This document shows positions 48,492 through 58,399 of a stretch of DNA of 64,000 nucleotides, piece by piece. This DNA comes from Bacteroidota bacterium (GTDB lineage Bacteria; Bacteroidota; Bacteroidia; NS11-12g; UBA955). Every line of letters begins with the position of its first letter. Position 1 is the stretch's first letter. The position numbers and the translations under genes were made by a program. The stretch spans positions 134,163-198,162 of the forward strand of contig SYIL01000018.1 in NCBI GenBank assembly GCA_005798825.1, given 5' to 3'. The notes beneath the pieces are model-generated. The model did no database searches and had not been told where the DNA came from. It was given only the letters and a program-made list of their open reading frames with translations.

Positions 48492-50060
48492 ATGACTGGA
48501 TTTGAACCCGATGTTAGAATTATGAGAGGCAATCTAATCAAGGTGATTGGTGTAGGGGGTGGTGGAAGCAATGCCGTGAATCATATGTTTAGGCATGGAA
48601 TTGAAGGCGTAGATTTTTACATCTGCAATACCGATTTACAGGCCCTTTATAGCAGTCCAATTGGAAACAAAGTTCAATTGGGGGCACAACTTACAGATGG
48701 ACTGGGTGCAGGTTCAATGCCAAACATGGGAGAAAAAGCCGCCATGGAAAATTTGATACAGATTCGCGAAATAATGGAAGACAGTACAAAAATGGTCTTT
48801 ATTACAGCTGGAATGGGTGGCGGAACTGGAACAGGTGCTGCACCTGTGATAGCAAAAATTGCCAAAGAGTTAAATATATTGACAGTCGGAATTGTGACAC
48901 TCCCTTTCGAAGATGAAGGACCCCAAAGAATTTCACAAGCCAAAGAAGGATTAGAGAAACTCAGGCCTCATGTAGATGCCCTGCTAACCATAAACAATGA
49001 CCGAATTGTCGAAATGTACGGCGACCTTACCATTACAGAAGCCTTTTCAAAAGCCGACGACATACTCTCAACTGCCGCAAGGGGAATTGCGGAAATCATT
49101 ACCAAACCTGGGCAGATGAATGTCGATTTTATGGATGTTCAAACCGCAATGAAAGACAGCGGAAGGGCTATCATGGGAACAGGCATAGCCACTGGAGAAT
49201 CAAGGGCGGAAATTGCAGTTCGTATGGCATTAGACAGTCCCTTGCTCGACAATACACGCATCGCAGGAGCAAGGCATTTATTGGTAAATTTTGCCTTCGG
49301 AAGTAAAGAGCCCGTTATGAGTGAAATTTCCAAGGTAAAGAAATATTTGCAAGAAGAGGCTGGCCACACCGCACACCTAAAGATGGGCATTACAAGAGAT
49401 GATGGTTTGGGAGAAGATATTGCCATAACTGTAATTGCCACTGGATTTGAAATACAGGCTGAAACTATAATTCCCAAACCCATTTCGGGAGAAAATCCCT
49501 ATGGCTTTAACCCTCCTCCAACCACATTTATTCATCCTAATATACATGCCAACAACCAAATCATTCAACCATCATTTCAAATAAATCAACCGGGATTACT
49601 GCCTACGAATCCAAGAAATCCCAATGGATTTGGCAGTGTTCAATCATCCCTATTCCCCGCACCATCAGAAAAACCTACTGTCATAAATCGGGTACCCAGT
49701 TCGTTTGGGGAAGAAGAGGATGCCGACGAAACTGTTGAATCCAATAACCAGCCATCAGAAAATGTAGACTCTAGTAACCAGCCATCAGAAACTATAGACT
49801 CTGGCATTACACAAATAGACGATTCATCAACGCAATTTTTTGGTGATAGTCGAATGGAAAATGGACGAAGGGACCGAGAAAACATACTGGATAATGATGT
49901 AGACTTACCAGCCTACCTCCGCAGGGGTATTCAACTTGAGTCAGCGCCGGCAAGTGATTCACAATTGATATCACGAATTACCATCGGCGATGAAGATCCT
50001 TCAAAAGCAAGAGAGTTAATGATACAGCCCAATCGTCATTTGCACGATAATGTGGATTAA
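48492..50060 (+). CDS. ftsZ: Cell division protein FtsZ with long disordered linker
   Basis: IKVIGVGGGGSNA, GMGGGTGTG, NVDFMDV, C-terminal PAYLRRG..LHDNVD. Confidence 0.98.
   Translation: MTGFEPDVRIMRGNLIKVIGVGGGGSNAVNHMFRHGIEGVDFYICNTDLQALYSSPIGNKVQLGAQLTDGLGAGSMPNMGEKAAMENLIQIREIMEDSTKMVFITAGMGGGTGTGAAPVIAKIAKELNILTVGIVTLPFEDEGPQRISQAKEGLEKLRPHVDALLTINNDRIVEMYGDLTITEAFSKADDILSTAARGIAEIITKPGQMNVDFMDVQTAMKDSGRAIMGTGIATGESRAEIAVRMALDSPLLDNTRIAGARHLLVNFAFGSKEPVMSEISKVKKYLQEEAGHTAHLKMGITRDDGLGEDIAITVIATGFEIQAETIIPKPISGENPYGFNPPPTTFIHPNIHANNQIIQPSFQINQPGLLPTNPRNPNGFGSVQSSLFPAPSEKPTVINRVPSSFGEEEDADETVESNNQPSENVDSSNQPSETIDSGITQIDDSSTQFFGDSRMENGRRDRENILDNDVDLPAYLRRGIQLESAPASDSQLISRITIGDEDPSKARELMIQPNRHLHDNVD
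49741..49802 (+). repeat. Two imperfect 30-bp tandem units within ftsZ
   Basis: ccaataaccagccatcagaaaatgtagact / ctagtaaccagccatcagaaactatagact, encoding SNNQPSENVD SSNQPSETID. Confidence 0.85.
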
Positions 50061-50126
50061 CGATTGGCCATTCCCATCCATAAAACGATACTTTTTCTGC
50101 TCAAAACCAAAGAGCTGTGTTGGTAG

Positions 50127-51629
50127 TTAGAATTGCTGTGTATAAATCTGAAGATAGCGAGAGGCAACCCGAGAGGCAGCATAACTCTCCAAAGCAAATG
50201 CACGGGCTGCCTCCCGCATTGTATTCTTTTCAGATTGAGAATAGTTGAGGTATTTCCCCACCTGCAATACCAAGGAATTTACATCCCCCGAATCGGCCAG
50301 AAAGCCCGTTTTAGCATCCACCATCTCAGGAATTCCCCCAACGTTAAAACCTGCAACTGGCAATCCACAGGCCAAACTTTCCATAATTGTAGTAGGCAAA
50401 TTTTCTTCTTTCGAGGTAATAACAAACACGTCACTGTGCCAATAAACTTCACGCATATGATTAGAATTTGCAATAAATCCAAGGGCTATGTGATGGCATG
50501 GCAAATTTAAATCGCCAATCCGATTCTCCCCCACTACCAAAGCTTGGAAATCGATATGCCCGGCAGAATGCAACCCCACACACAATTGCCGAAATGCGGA
50601 AAATCCTTTGGCTTCATTGCCCAAATTTCCCGCAACAAATAACAGCGTCGCACAATTAGACTTAAGAAAGCTTAATGGCTGAAAAATTCCTGTTCCTGAT
50701 TCACTTAAGGGGCTAGCTTCCGCCGACAAGAGATGTTTCGATTCAAGCGATTGTTTGACTGCTGAATTCTCTGGATGTGATGAATTGCCTGCGTGTGATA
50801 AATTGCTTGCCCATATTTTGGGCGCAAGTGAAGGGTAAAAATAGTTTGTGTCAATGGGGTTTGGAATGATGCTTATGGGAATTGTGAGATTCCTTTTTGG
50901 AACCCCAGTTTCAACAATCCCATCAAGGTCTGATTGCAAACCCAGGGGATTAGTACCCCAAATGCCACTTGATTTTGCTTGATCACCCAACCAACGACTT
51001 GGTGCGACAAAATGGAGACAAGAAACCCATGAGCGATCGGCTGAGTCTTTGGATTTATCGGTTAAGGATCTTTGAACTGCGATTTGATACAACGCTTGTT
51101 TGCGTTTAAACACCCGGGCCGACAAATCTCCCAGTGAAGGATTTCGCAAGTAGTGACAGTTTCCACACGCAAGCTGAAAATGGTCGCATCCCCGCGGGTG
51201 ATAACACCCTCCGGTAAATGGCCACAAATCATGGCAGGTCCAGACTATTTTTTTTTGAGAATTAAGCAGCCGCTCAATCCCATCCAAAGAAATAAATCCC
51301 TTATTAATCCAATGTAAATGAATCACATCTGCCCAATTAAAGAGTTTTACAGTTTCAAGCGACAAGCCGATATTCCCATGACTGAAAGCAAAACGAATCG
51401 TTTTATCTTTCTCAAAACGCAAGAAATCTAATTTCTCTATGGCATGCATCCCGAAAGCCAATGCCTGCTTGAACCAAGAATCAGCCCACAGTGAAAAATC
51501 TCCCCCACTGCCTTCAAAAACCAAATGCCTACTATCGACACCTTCCATATGATTCAGGGCTTCACTCAAGCGTTGTGCGGCAACAAATGCCCCGCCAGAT
51601 GAAGATGCATTCAGATGCAAAATACGCAT
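50127..51629 (-). CDS. GT4 family glycosyltransferase (WcaC-like) with several insertions
   Basis: MRILHLN..GGA, DVIHLHW, WTCHDLWPFTGGCY, ENLPTTIMESLACGLPV, GGIPEMV. Alternative start 51668. Confidence 0.88.
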   Translation of the reverse strand: MRILHLNASSSGGAFVAAQRLSEALNHMEGVDSRHLVFEGSGGDFSLWADSWFKQALAFGMHAIEKLDFLRFEKDKTIRFAFSHGNIGLSLETVKLFNWADVIHLHWINKGFISLDGIERLLNSQKKIVWTCHDLWPFTGGCYHPRGCDHFQLACGNCHYLRNPSLGDLSARVFKRKQALYQIAVQRSLTDKSKDSADRSWVSCLHFVAPSRWLGDQAKSSGIWGTNPLGLQSDLDGIVETGVPKRNLTIPISIIPNPIDTNYFYPSLAPKIWASNLSHAGNSSHPENSAVKQSLESKHLLSAEASPLSESGTGIFQPLSFLKSNCATLLFVAGNLGNEAKGFSAFRQLCVGLHSAGHIDFQALVVGENRIGDLNLPCHHIALGFIANSNHMREVYWHSDVFVITSKEENLPTTIMESLACGLPVAGFNVGGIPEMVDAKTGFLADSGDVNSLVLQVGKYLNYSQSEKNTMREAARAFALESYAASRVASRYLQIYTQQF

Positions 51630-51807
51630 CGGAATTTTAGATTCGGGAGATACAAGATGAGGTTCCATGGCTATAGGTATGGGGTTGGTGAATCAAATCG
51701 AAAAGGAACAAACTGTATCTTATTCTCGGTATTTTCCATCATCTAATTGCAAGGTACAATTTATATTCTTTGACAAAAACAGGGGAACAAATTATATCAA
51801 TCTAAAC

Positions 51808-53070
51808 TTAATCAACGGATGTATACTTCGCTTTTAACGGGTTCTGGATTTCTTCTTTACTGCGCAGGGTTTTCGATAACATTAGTGTTAAACACAATGC
51901 TATACACATGAACGCACTTCCAAAAAAATAGGGGAGACCCTGAAACATGTGGTATAATACCATCGCCAAAAATGGGCCCGCGGCGCGAGCCAGGGAACCA
52001 ATGCCTTGCAATAGCCCCAGAATCTGCCCCTGAGAGGCGGCTGGAGTGTTGCTGCTGACCATAGAATTGATAGACGGCATCATTAATCCGTTTCCGAAAG
52101 AGAGCAAGACAATTGAAAACGCTTGGACAACATAAAATGTGGTTTTATCGGTTGCCAAAGGGAGTGGAATGATCAGCAACCCCAAAGCAATCAATGGGCA
52201 ACCCCAAATGAGCATGTTTCGAATGCCAATTTTTTTTTCAAAGAATCCAATCAATCCTCCCTGGACAATGGCACCACAGATTCCAATAAAGCCAAAAATA
52301 TTTCCAATCCCAGCAGGACTTAGGTCATATTTTTCTTTCCACAAGACAGACGAACTTCCATACATCATACTAAAAGCGGTGATATAGATAAAGTTAATTA
52401 GAAATAACTCTCCAATAATATCAATACGCCAAACTTTAAACATCCCCTTGAATGTATCCAACACTTTGCGGCGATTGACGTTATTTACTTTTAAACTCTC
52501 AGGAAGCAGAAACCAAGCCAATACAAAATTAATTGTACACAAAGCAGCCGTAAAATAGCCAACCCATTTGATACCATCATGTTCTCCTCCCCCATTGTAT
52601 AACCAACCCCCAATAGGCGGTCCAAATACAAATCCAAGACCAAATGCGGCCCCAATCATACCCATTCTTTTGGCACGGTCTATCGGGGGTGTTATGTCAA
52701 CGATATACGCTTGGGCAGCAGCAATATTTGCACTGCCAAATCCAGAAACCAATCGGGCAGAAAGAAGGGCGACAAAACTCCCACTTATTCCAAACAAAAA
52801 ATACCCAATCACATTGAAAATAATACTTACCAGAATAATCGGTCGACGACCGATTCTATCTGAAAGAGAACCAAAAATGGGGGCGACCAAAAATTGCATT
52901 AGCGAAAAAGAACCAACCACAACACCCACAGCAATATCTGAATTAAAGGGCATACTCGATTGACCCGCAAGCATTTTGGCCAAATTGGGCAAGATCGGAA
53001 TGACCACGCCAAATCCAAGAAGATCGATAAATATAGTAAGAAATAAAATTACTAAGCGACGATCATTCAT
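51808..53070 (-). CDS. MFS transporter, TetA-like/DHA1 family
   Basis: FIDLLGFGVVIPILP, motif A GSLSDRIGRRP, GFVFGPPIGG, about 12 TMs. Confidence 0.9.
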   Translation of the reverse strand: MNDRRLVILFLTIFIDLLGFGVVIPILPNLAKMLAGQSSMPFNSDIAVGVVVGSFSLMQFLVAPIFGSLSDRIGRRPIILVSIIFNVIGYFLFGISGSFVALLSARLVSGFGSANIAAAQAYIVDITPPIDRAKRMGMIGAAFGLGFVFGPPIGGWLYNGGGEHDGIKWVGYFTAALCTINFVLAWFLLPESLKVNNVNRRKVLDTFKGMFKVWRIDIIGELFLINFIYITAFSMMYGSSSVLWKEKYDLSPAGIGNIFGFIGICGAIVQGGLIGFFEKKIGIRNMLIWGCPLIALGLLIIPLPLATDKTTFYVVQAFSIVLLSFGNGLMMPSINSMVSSNTPAASQGQILGLLQGIGSLARAAGPFLAMVLYHMFQGLPYFFGSAFMCIALCLTLMLSKTLRSKEEIQNPLKAKYTSVD

Positions 53071-53549
53071 AGAAGTAATTTTTTCCCAAGCCAATTGTGC
53101 GAAAATTCATGTAATAAATTTATCCTGGCTTCGCCAAGATTTAAAATAGTTGTATTAATTACCAAGTTTTCAGGTAAAAGTTTTTTGTTCTGATAGTGTT
53201 CGGTGGCTTGATTTTCTGTGAACACCTGAACCAAATTGTCCTTGCATACCCAAACCAGTTTTCGTTGTAAGAAGTCTACCCCAAAGCGTTCATTTTGCAT
53301 GCGCAAGACATTAAATATTTTGTCTATACTACAACCCGAAGGTGCCTCCTGTTTTTCATCAACTGCGAGCAATAGCATGCATCCATACAGCAATTCGAAA
53401 CCAGCCGTCAGATGATTGCCATGTGCCTGCCATCCACCAACAAATTCTTCCATCTGATGGCGCAGCGTCAATTGCTCTGCTATGGTCAGTATTCGTTGAG
53501 AGCCAAAAAGCCATATCCGTGAATATGCAGGAAATTCAGGTAAGATCAT
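53067..53549 (-). CDS. Conserved hypothetical protein (Bacteroidota)
   Basis: SRIWLF, WQAHG, PSGCSID motifs; coupled to both neighbours by 4-nt overlaps. Confidence 0.7.
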   Translation of the reverse strand: MILPEFPAYSRIWLFGSQRILTIAEQLTLRHQMEEFVGGWQAHGNHLTAGFELLYGCMLLLAVDEKQEAPSGCSIDKIFNVLRMQNERFGVDFLQRKLVWVCKDNLVQVFTENQATEHYQNKKLLPENLVINTTILNLGEARINLLHEFSHNWLGKKLLL

Positions 53550-54322
53550 GAAATTATAGCATTGTGCACAATTTCTGCAAGGTCTAGAACCTGAACCTGC
53601 GCATCTTTCTCAAAGTGCTTTGTACCATCTCGCATCATGGTATTGCAAAACGGACAGTTAACAGCAACAATTTCTGCCCCGGTTTGTAAGGCTTCTTCGA
53701 TGCGCTCGATGTTTACTTCCTTATTGCCTTTTTCTGCCTCTTTGAACATTTGAGCACCACCAGCACCACAACAAAGTCCATTGGAACGACACCGCTTCAT
53801 TTCTAATAAGTCGGCATCCAATCGTTCGATAATCATACGGGGCGCTTCATATACACCGTTGGCTCTCCCCAAGTAACAACTATCATGATAGGTTATTTTT
53901 TTTCCTTTGTATGCGCCACCATCAATTGCCAATCTGCCCGACTCAAGCAGTTCATTGATAAATGTCGTATGGTGCACCACATCATAATTTCCTCCCAAAC
54001 TAGGGTATTCATTTTTAAGGGTATTAAAACAATGTGGACAGGCACTCACTATGCGCTTAATGCCATACCCATTTAATACTTCTATATTTTGCAATGCCTG
54101 CATTTGAAATAAAAATTCATTGCCTGCACGTTTGGCAGGATCGCCAGAACATCCTTCTTCCACTCCCAGAATGGCAAACTTTACACCAGCCTTGTCTAGG
54201 ATGTCTGCAAAAGCCTTACTCACCCGCTGTGCTCGCTCATCAAAACTTCCCGCACAACCTACCCAAAATAAAATTTCAGGTGTTTCACCTTTCCCAATAA
54301 AATCTTTTATGGTCTTTACCAT
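53546..54322 (-). CDS. CCG-domain (Fe-S)-binding protein (GlpC/HdrB-like)
   Basis: FWVGCAGS, CSGDPAKRAG, ACPHC, YHDSCYLGR, CCGAGG, NCPFC. Confidence 0.9.
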   Translation of the reverse strand: MVKTIKDFIGKGETPEILFWVGCAGSFDERAQRVSKAFADILDKAGVKFAILGVEEGCSGDPAKRAGNEFLFQMQALQNIEVLNGYGIKRIVSACPHCFNTLKNEYPSLGGNYDVVHHTTFINELLESGRLAIDGGAYKGKKITYHDSCYLGRANGVYEAPRMIIERLDADLLEMKRCRSNGLCCGAGGAQMFKEAEKGNKEVNIERIEEALQTGAEIVAVNCPFCNTMMRDGTKHFEKDAQVQVLDLAEIVHNAIIS

Positions 54323-54412
54323 TTTTGTGCATTATTTGATTGCAATTTCGCACAATCATTCTATGCTTGAAGAATAAGTATTCCACAAGCCCAGACATTA
54401 AAACAGTTACAC

Positions 54413-55207
54413 TCAATATCCACCCCCACTTAGGCCAACTACTTCCCGCACCGAACAAGAAAACAACGGAATTGGAAGCTGATTGCAAAGATGCTGGAAA
54501 GGACTGGTTTTCATAAATCGTGTGCCATCGGTTTGGTTCATACTACAAACCCAACAACTGCTGAGTTTGCTTGAAGCCGCAATAACGGTTTCTACAAAGT
54601 CAACTCCCGGTTGCGTTTTCAATTCATCTACCATAACCCCATGCCTTTTCATATAATCAAATCCCTGGTCTGAATATACAATTAAGTATCTTTCTGTTTC
54701 TTTATCAGATTTGTCTGACAAAGCCAAGACATGCACCTTCGAACGAAACATATTGGCTATATGAGAAACTCGAAAAAACTGTTGGCGGGAAAAGGAATTG
54801 GTATCCAATAACATCAATATGTTGTTTGGCTCAATCCACTTGGCATTCGGATTTAAATATAAAACAGGTGCATTAAATTTATGAACACACGATGTCATCC
54901 CACCACCAATCATACTTCCCATTTTTGATTTTGCAAATATCACTGCCATTCCAAATCCCAAGGTATTCGAACATTTCGATGCTGTAGACCAAAATTCTCC
55001 AGATTTTACCGTCACCGTTAGATTTCGGTTCGCACGCTTCTTGAGATCATCCACAAGGGCCTGCGTAATTGATGCATTAGCAGGAAGCTGAAGCCAATGA
55101 ATATGACCTTCAAATTTCCGTGCAATCGAAACCATTGCATCGCTAATTGTTTTTTGATTTTGTGAACTGTCTGATGTAAATAAAATTTGTGTAGTGGTTT
55201 CTTCCAT
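54413..55207 (-). CDS. Universal stress protein-like (tandem UspA domains)
   Basis: ~265 aa two-domain layout; GG..SCVHKFNAPVL; NILMLLD....RQQ pattern. Alternative start 55243. Confidence 0.6.
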   Translation of the reverse strand: MEETTTQILFTSDSSQNQKTISDAMVSIARKFEGHIHWLQLPANASITQALVDDLKKRANRNLTVTVKSGEFWSTASKCSNTLGFGMAVIFAKSKMGSMIGGGMTSCVHKFNAPVLYLNPNAKWIEPNNILMLLDTNSFSRQQFFRVSHIANMFRSKVHVLALSDKSDKETERYLIVYSDQGFDYMKRHGVMVDELKTQPGVDFVETVIAASSKLSSCWVCSMNQTDGTRFMKTSPFQHLCNQLPIPLFSCSVREVVGLSGGGY

Positions 55208-55310
55208 AGGCTTTGTATAATTTATATCGAATATCTGTAACAATTATTAGAAAATCAAGTGGTTAGAAATACTTGTGTATTAATTTGTTGCATTAATTTG
55301 TAATGAAACT

Positions 55311-56759
55311 ATGAAATTAACTTGGTTTTGGATACTTATTGGTTTTGGAAAGACTGTTGAATCACTTTCAGCGCACCAAGAAATTTTATTCAATAAGACA
55401 TTTGTGGTGTGTGTGCCATTTCTAAAAACCCAAAAAAACTCCTCGCGTTCAAGTCCTTTTGAAAAATTTAGGTACATGAGGGCCAATCATAATTCCATCC
55501 GCCTCCAGGGATTCGAGGAACTTTATCAGATTCGCATTCCTAGTGTCCAAAATACAGCCATCAAAAATCCATCTTCACACTATAGAGGATTGGCGATTGT
55601 TTCAGATTCTGTTGTTTGGATAGCAGGAAATAGAGGCCAAGTAATTCGTACAACCAACGGAGGGATCAGCTGGGATACATTGTATCCGCAAATTGAAAAT
55701 ACTGGGATTTTGGAATTAAAGAAAGATTTTCGCGACATTTTTGCCAAAAATAAAGATGAAGCCATAATTATGAGTGCCGGAGACAGTGCTGTTATTTTCC
55801 GGACAACAAATGGAGGAAAAAATTGGAAACTGGTATATTCAAACAACCAAAAAGGGATATTTCTCGACGCGCTAGAAATCGACGCTCACACAGGAATAGG
55901 CATGGTATTAGGAGATCCTTTATCCATGCAAAAACCAATTCCCGGAAACTATTTTGTTGGTCTGTATACAATAGATTACGGAAATTCTTGGAGAGAACTA
56001 CCCAATGGCGATTGGAATAAGCCCCAAGATAGCCTAGAATCTTTTTTTGCCGCCAGTGGTACTTCCTTGGTAATTTTAAAAGCAAAAATTGACCCAAATT
56101 CTCCGGCAGGATTTAAACAACTTACCGTTGGGTTTGCGGGTGGTGGTTTGCATCCAAGATTTTCATTGGTAAATTTCAAATCAAATGCCCACCTGGACCA
56201 AAACCACACAGACAGCAGAAATAAACTTGTAAATAAACTTGTAAGACCCCCCACCATTCAAGGGGATAAAATAAAAAATACAGGAATAATTTCCAGCATA
56301 ATTTCTTCCAATCTGCCATTTAAAGGCGGAATTGGATGGGGTTGTTATGGTTTGGCAATGGGAGGCGAAGGACGTATCTTGGCCGTTGGCGGAAATTACC
56401 TTTTTCCAAACCTGGGCGATTCATCATTGGGTATCGCAAACCAAAATGAGGATACTATTCGTTGGCAAACCGCCCAACTTTACCCCAATGGTTACAGAAG
56501 TGGTATTTGTCTTTTGCACAAAATACCCTCAAAAACACTTCGATTTGCAAAACCCTCTTTCCATAGAAAAAGACACTCCATTCGATTGGCAATTTGTACA
56601 GGGACAAACGGTACAGACATTTCATTTGATGGAGGAAGGACCTGGAAATTCTTTTCAGAAAAAGGGTATAATGCTTGTGGATTTAGTAAAAATTTGCTTT
56701 GGATGGTTGGAAACAATGGTTCCTGGGTGAAAATACCTGTACAAAATCTAATACAGTAA
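55311..56759 (+). CDS. BNR/WD40/YVTN-like (Ycf48-like) beta-propeller protein
   Basis: TTNGGISW, TTNGGKNW, TIDYGNSW, SFDGGRTW Asp-boxes; FAASGT; GYRSG. Start uncertain. Confidence 0.8.
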   Translation: MKLTWFWILIGFGKTVESLSAHQEILFNKTFVVCVPFLKTQKNSSRSSPFEKFRYMRANHNSIRLQGFEELYQIRIPSVQNTAIKNPSSHYRGLAIVSDSVVWIAGNRGQVIRTTNGGISWDTLYPQIENTGILELKKDFRDIFAKNKDEAIIMSAGDSAVIFRTTNGGKNWKLVYSNNQKGIFLDALEIDAHTGIGMVLGDPLSMQKPIPGNYFVGLYTIDYGNSWRELPNGDWNKPQDSLESFFAASGTSLVILKAKIDPNSPAGFKQLTVGFAGGGLHPRFSLVNFKSNAHLDQNHTDSRNKLVNKLVRPPTIQGDKIKNTGIISSIISSNLPFKGGIGWGCYGLAMGGEGRILAVGGNYLFPNLGDSSLGIANQNEDTIRWQTAQLYPNGYRSGICLLHKIPSKTLRFAKPSFHRKRHSIRLAICTGTNGTDISFDGGRTWKFFSEKGYNACGFSKNLLWMVGNNGSWVKIPVQNLIQ

Positions 56760-56790
56760 ATGGAACCAAACAACCCAAAATCGAAAGCAC

Positions 56791-58350
56791 TTACAAAATC
56801 TGATACACCACAAATTCCTTGTTTTTAAACACTACTGCAAGAGATTTATTACTGTCTAGCTCATTTTTTTTACCAGACAAAATCCAATAATCAATTTTGT
56901 TATTTTTGAGGTTGCTCAAAGCCAATTGGGTATTTTGTTGGGTAATTGAATCCGTATTAATCCGAAAAACGCTTGCATCGGTTGTCCAATGCAACAATCT
57001 CGGCTTGTGAAAAGATATTCTTTTATTTGCAGGAATATGGCTATAGACAAATCTGTATAATTCTGTCGCAGAGCTTGAAAAAGCCTCATTGGTATCTCGC
57101 TTAAAATAAAAAAAAGATGTAGCAATTCCCTGGATGAGAATTAATACCGGAATAATCCCAATCGCAATCTGTCGAATTTGGTGGATTCGTGGTATCAAAC
57201 GCCACCTTTTTCCATCCTTTTTAAACCTTGAAAACCAAAACCAAAAACCCTGCATTCCAAAAACAAAAGAGACACATATCACCGGCAGAATGGGAAACAA
57301 CAAACGCATTCCTTGGATATTAGGCCAACAGACTACTAACACAAGATTTAGTAGAACAAAAACAAAATACGGAAACAGAATTCGAAAATTTTTATACGCT
57401 CCCCATACTACCACAAACCAAAATACCGCGGCCAGAAAATATACAAATACGCCCAAATGCAAATACGTTTCTATAAAATTTACCCCATGCCAAATTGGGT
57501 ATTTTCCAATCATGGCAAAATAGGTGATGCAATTATCCCATACCCCATCTATACCGATACCCCGCAATAGGTCTATGTAAATTTTTCCATGTCCAAGGTC
57601 CATTAACAAGGCAGTGCCTCCCGCAAAAATCCCCAAAACCCAAGCCAGTAAATATGAGAAGGATGTAGGTTTTCTTATCTTGTCCAACGACACATATATC
57701 AGGTTAGAAAATAATTTACCCAAAATATAAGGGTGACGTTGCCATTCAAACAATACCCATACTGGAAGCAAAAAAATGCCATTGGTTCGGGTAGCTGTTG
57801 CCATAAATAAGATCAACCCCAAGCTCAAAGAACGAATAAAAACATTCTTCCACTTTTCGTTCAGCAAATAGAAAAAGAACCAGATTAATCCCGAAAACCA
57901 TAAATCTGAATTTAGCCGATCTGCGGCTTCCCAGAATTTTGGATGCCATACTATCATTGTAAATGCAATACCAGCCAAGTCCAATCTCCCACAAAAAATA
58001 TTTTTCATCCAACGCCACCCGGCAATAGCACAGAGCATAAAAATACCAAAATTCACAATTTTAAGACCCAAAAATCCCCAAATAGAAAATCCCCTCATGG
58101 GCAAACTCATCAACAGTGGAAAACCTTGTGGGTATAAATCCGGACCCATCACCCCTTGGGATTCCTTCATGCATTGTGCGTTGGAAATTGCGAGTGCATC
58201 CATACCTCCATCAATCCAACACTGTGATTGGTGCAAATAAAGAACGAAATCATCTCCCCATTCGTGGCCAATATCCATGCAAAAGAATCCACCCAAGGCA
58301 GTGATAGCCAGTATCAAAATAAGGATTTGGTTTTCTTTACGCAGCGACAT
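56791..58350 (-). CDS. GT-C fold (ArnT/GT39-like) membrane glycosyltransferase
   Basis: Multi-TM, WGDDFVLY acidic loop after TM1, YPQGFPLL, RTNGIFLL, RLLFPILP; downstream of a GT2. Confidence 0.7.
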   Translation of the reverse strand: MSLRKENQILILILAITALGGFFCMDIGHEWGDDFVLYLHQSQCWIDGGMDALAISNAQCMKESQGVMGPDLYPQGFPLLMSLPMRGFSIWGFLGLKIVNFGIFMLCAIAGWRWMKNIFCGRLDLAGIAFTMIVWHPKFWEAADRLNSDLWFSGLIWFFFYLLNEKWKNVFIRSLSLGLILFMATATRTNGIFLLPVWVLFEWQRHPYILGKLFSNLIYVSLDKIRKPTSFSYLLAWVLGIFAGGTALLMDLGHGKIYIDLLRGIGIDGVWDNCITYFAMIGKYPIWHGVNFIETYLHLGVFVYFLAAVFWFVVVWGAYKNFRILFPYFVFVLLNLVLVVCWPNIQGMRLLFPILPVICVSFVFGMQGFWFWFSRFKKDGKRWRLIPRIHQIRQIAIGIIPVLILIQGIATSFFYFKRDTNEAFSSSATELYRFVYSHIPANKRISFHKPRLLHWTTDASVFRINTDSITQQNTQLALSNLKNNKIDYWILSGKKNELDSNKSLAVVFKNKEFVVYQIL

Positions 58351-58399
58351 AACAGTGAGTATTACGAGATAAACAATATCTGCTTATCGTTTATCATGT

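Noticed and set aside
34363-50060. murF and ddl missing from the dcw cluster
   Set aside because: These genes commonly lie elsewhere in Bacteroidota; there is no scar or remnant here.
51808-53070. TetA-like MFS as an acquired tetracycline resistance gene
   Set aside because: No tetR or mobile element; host-like composition; coupled to housekeeping genes; substrate cannot be inferred.
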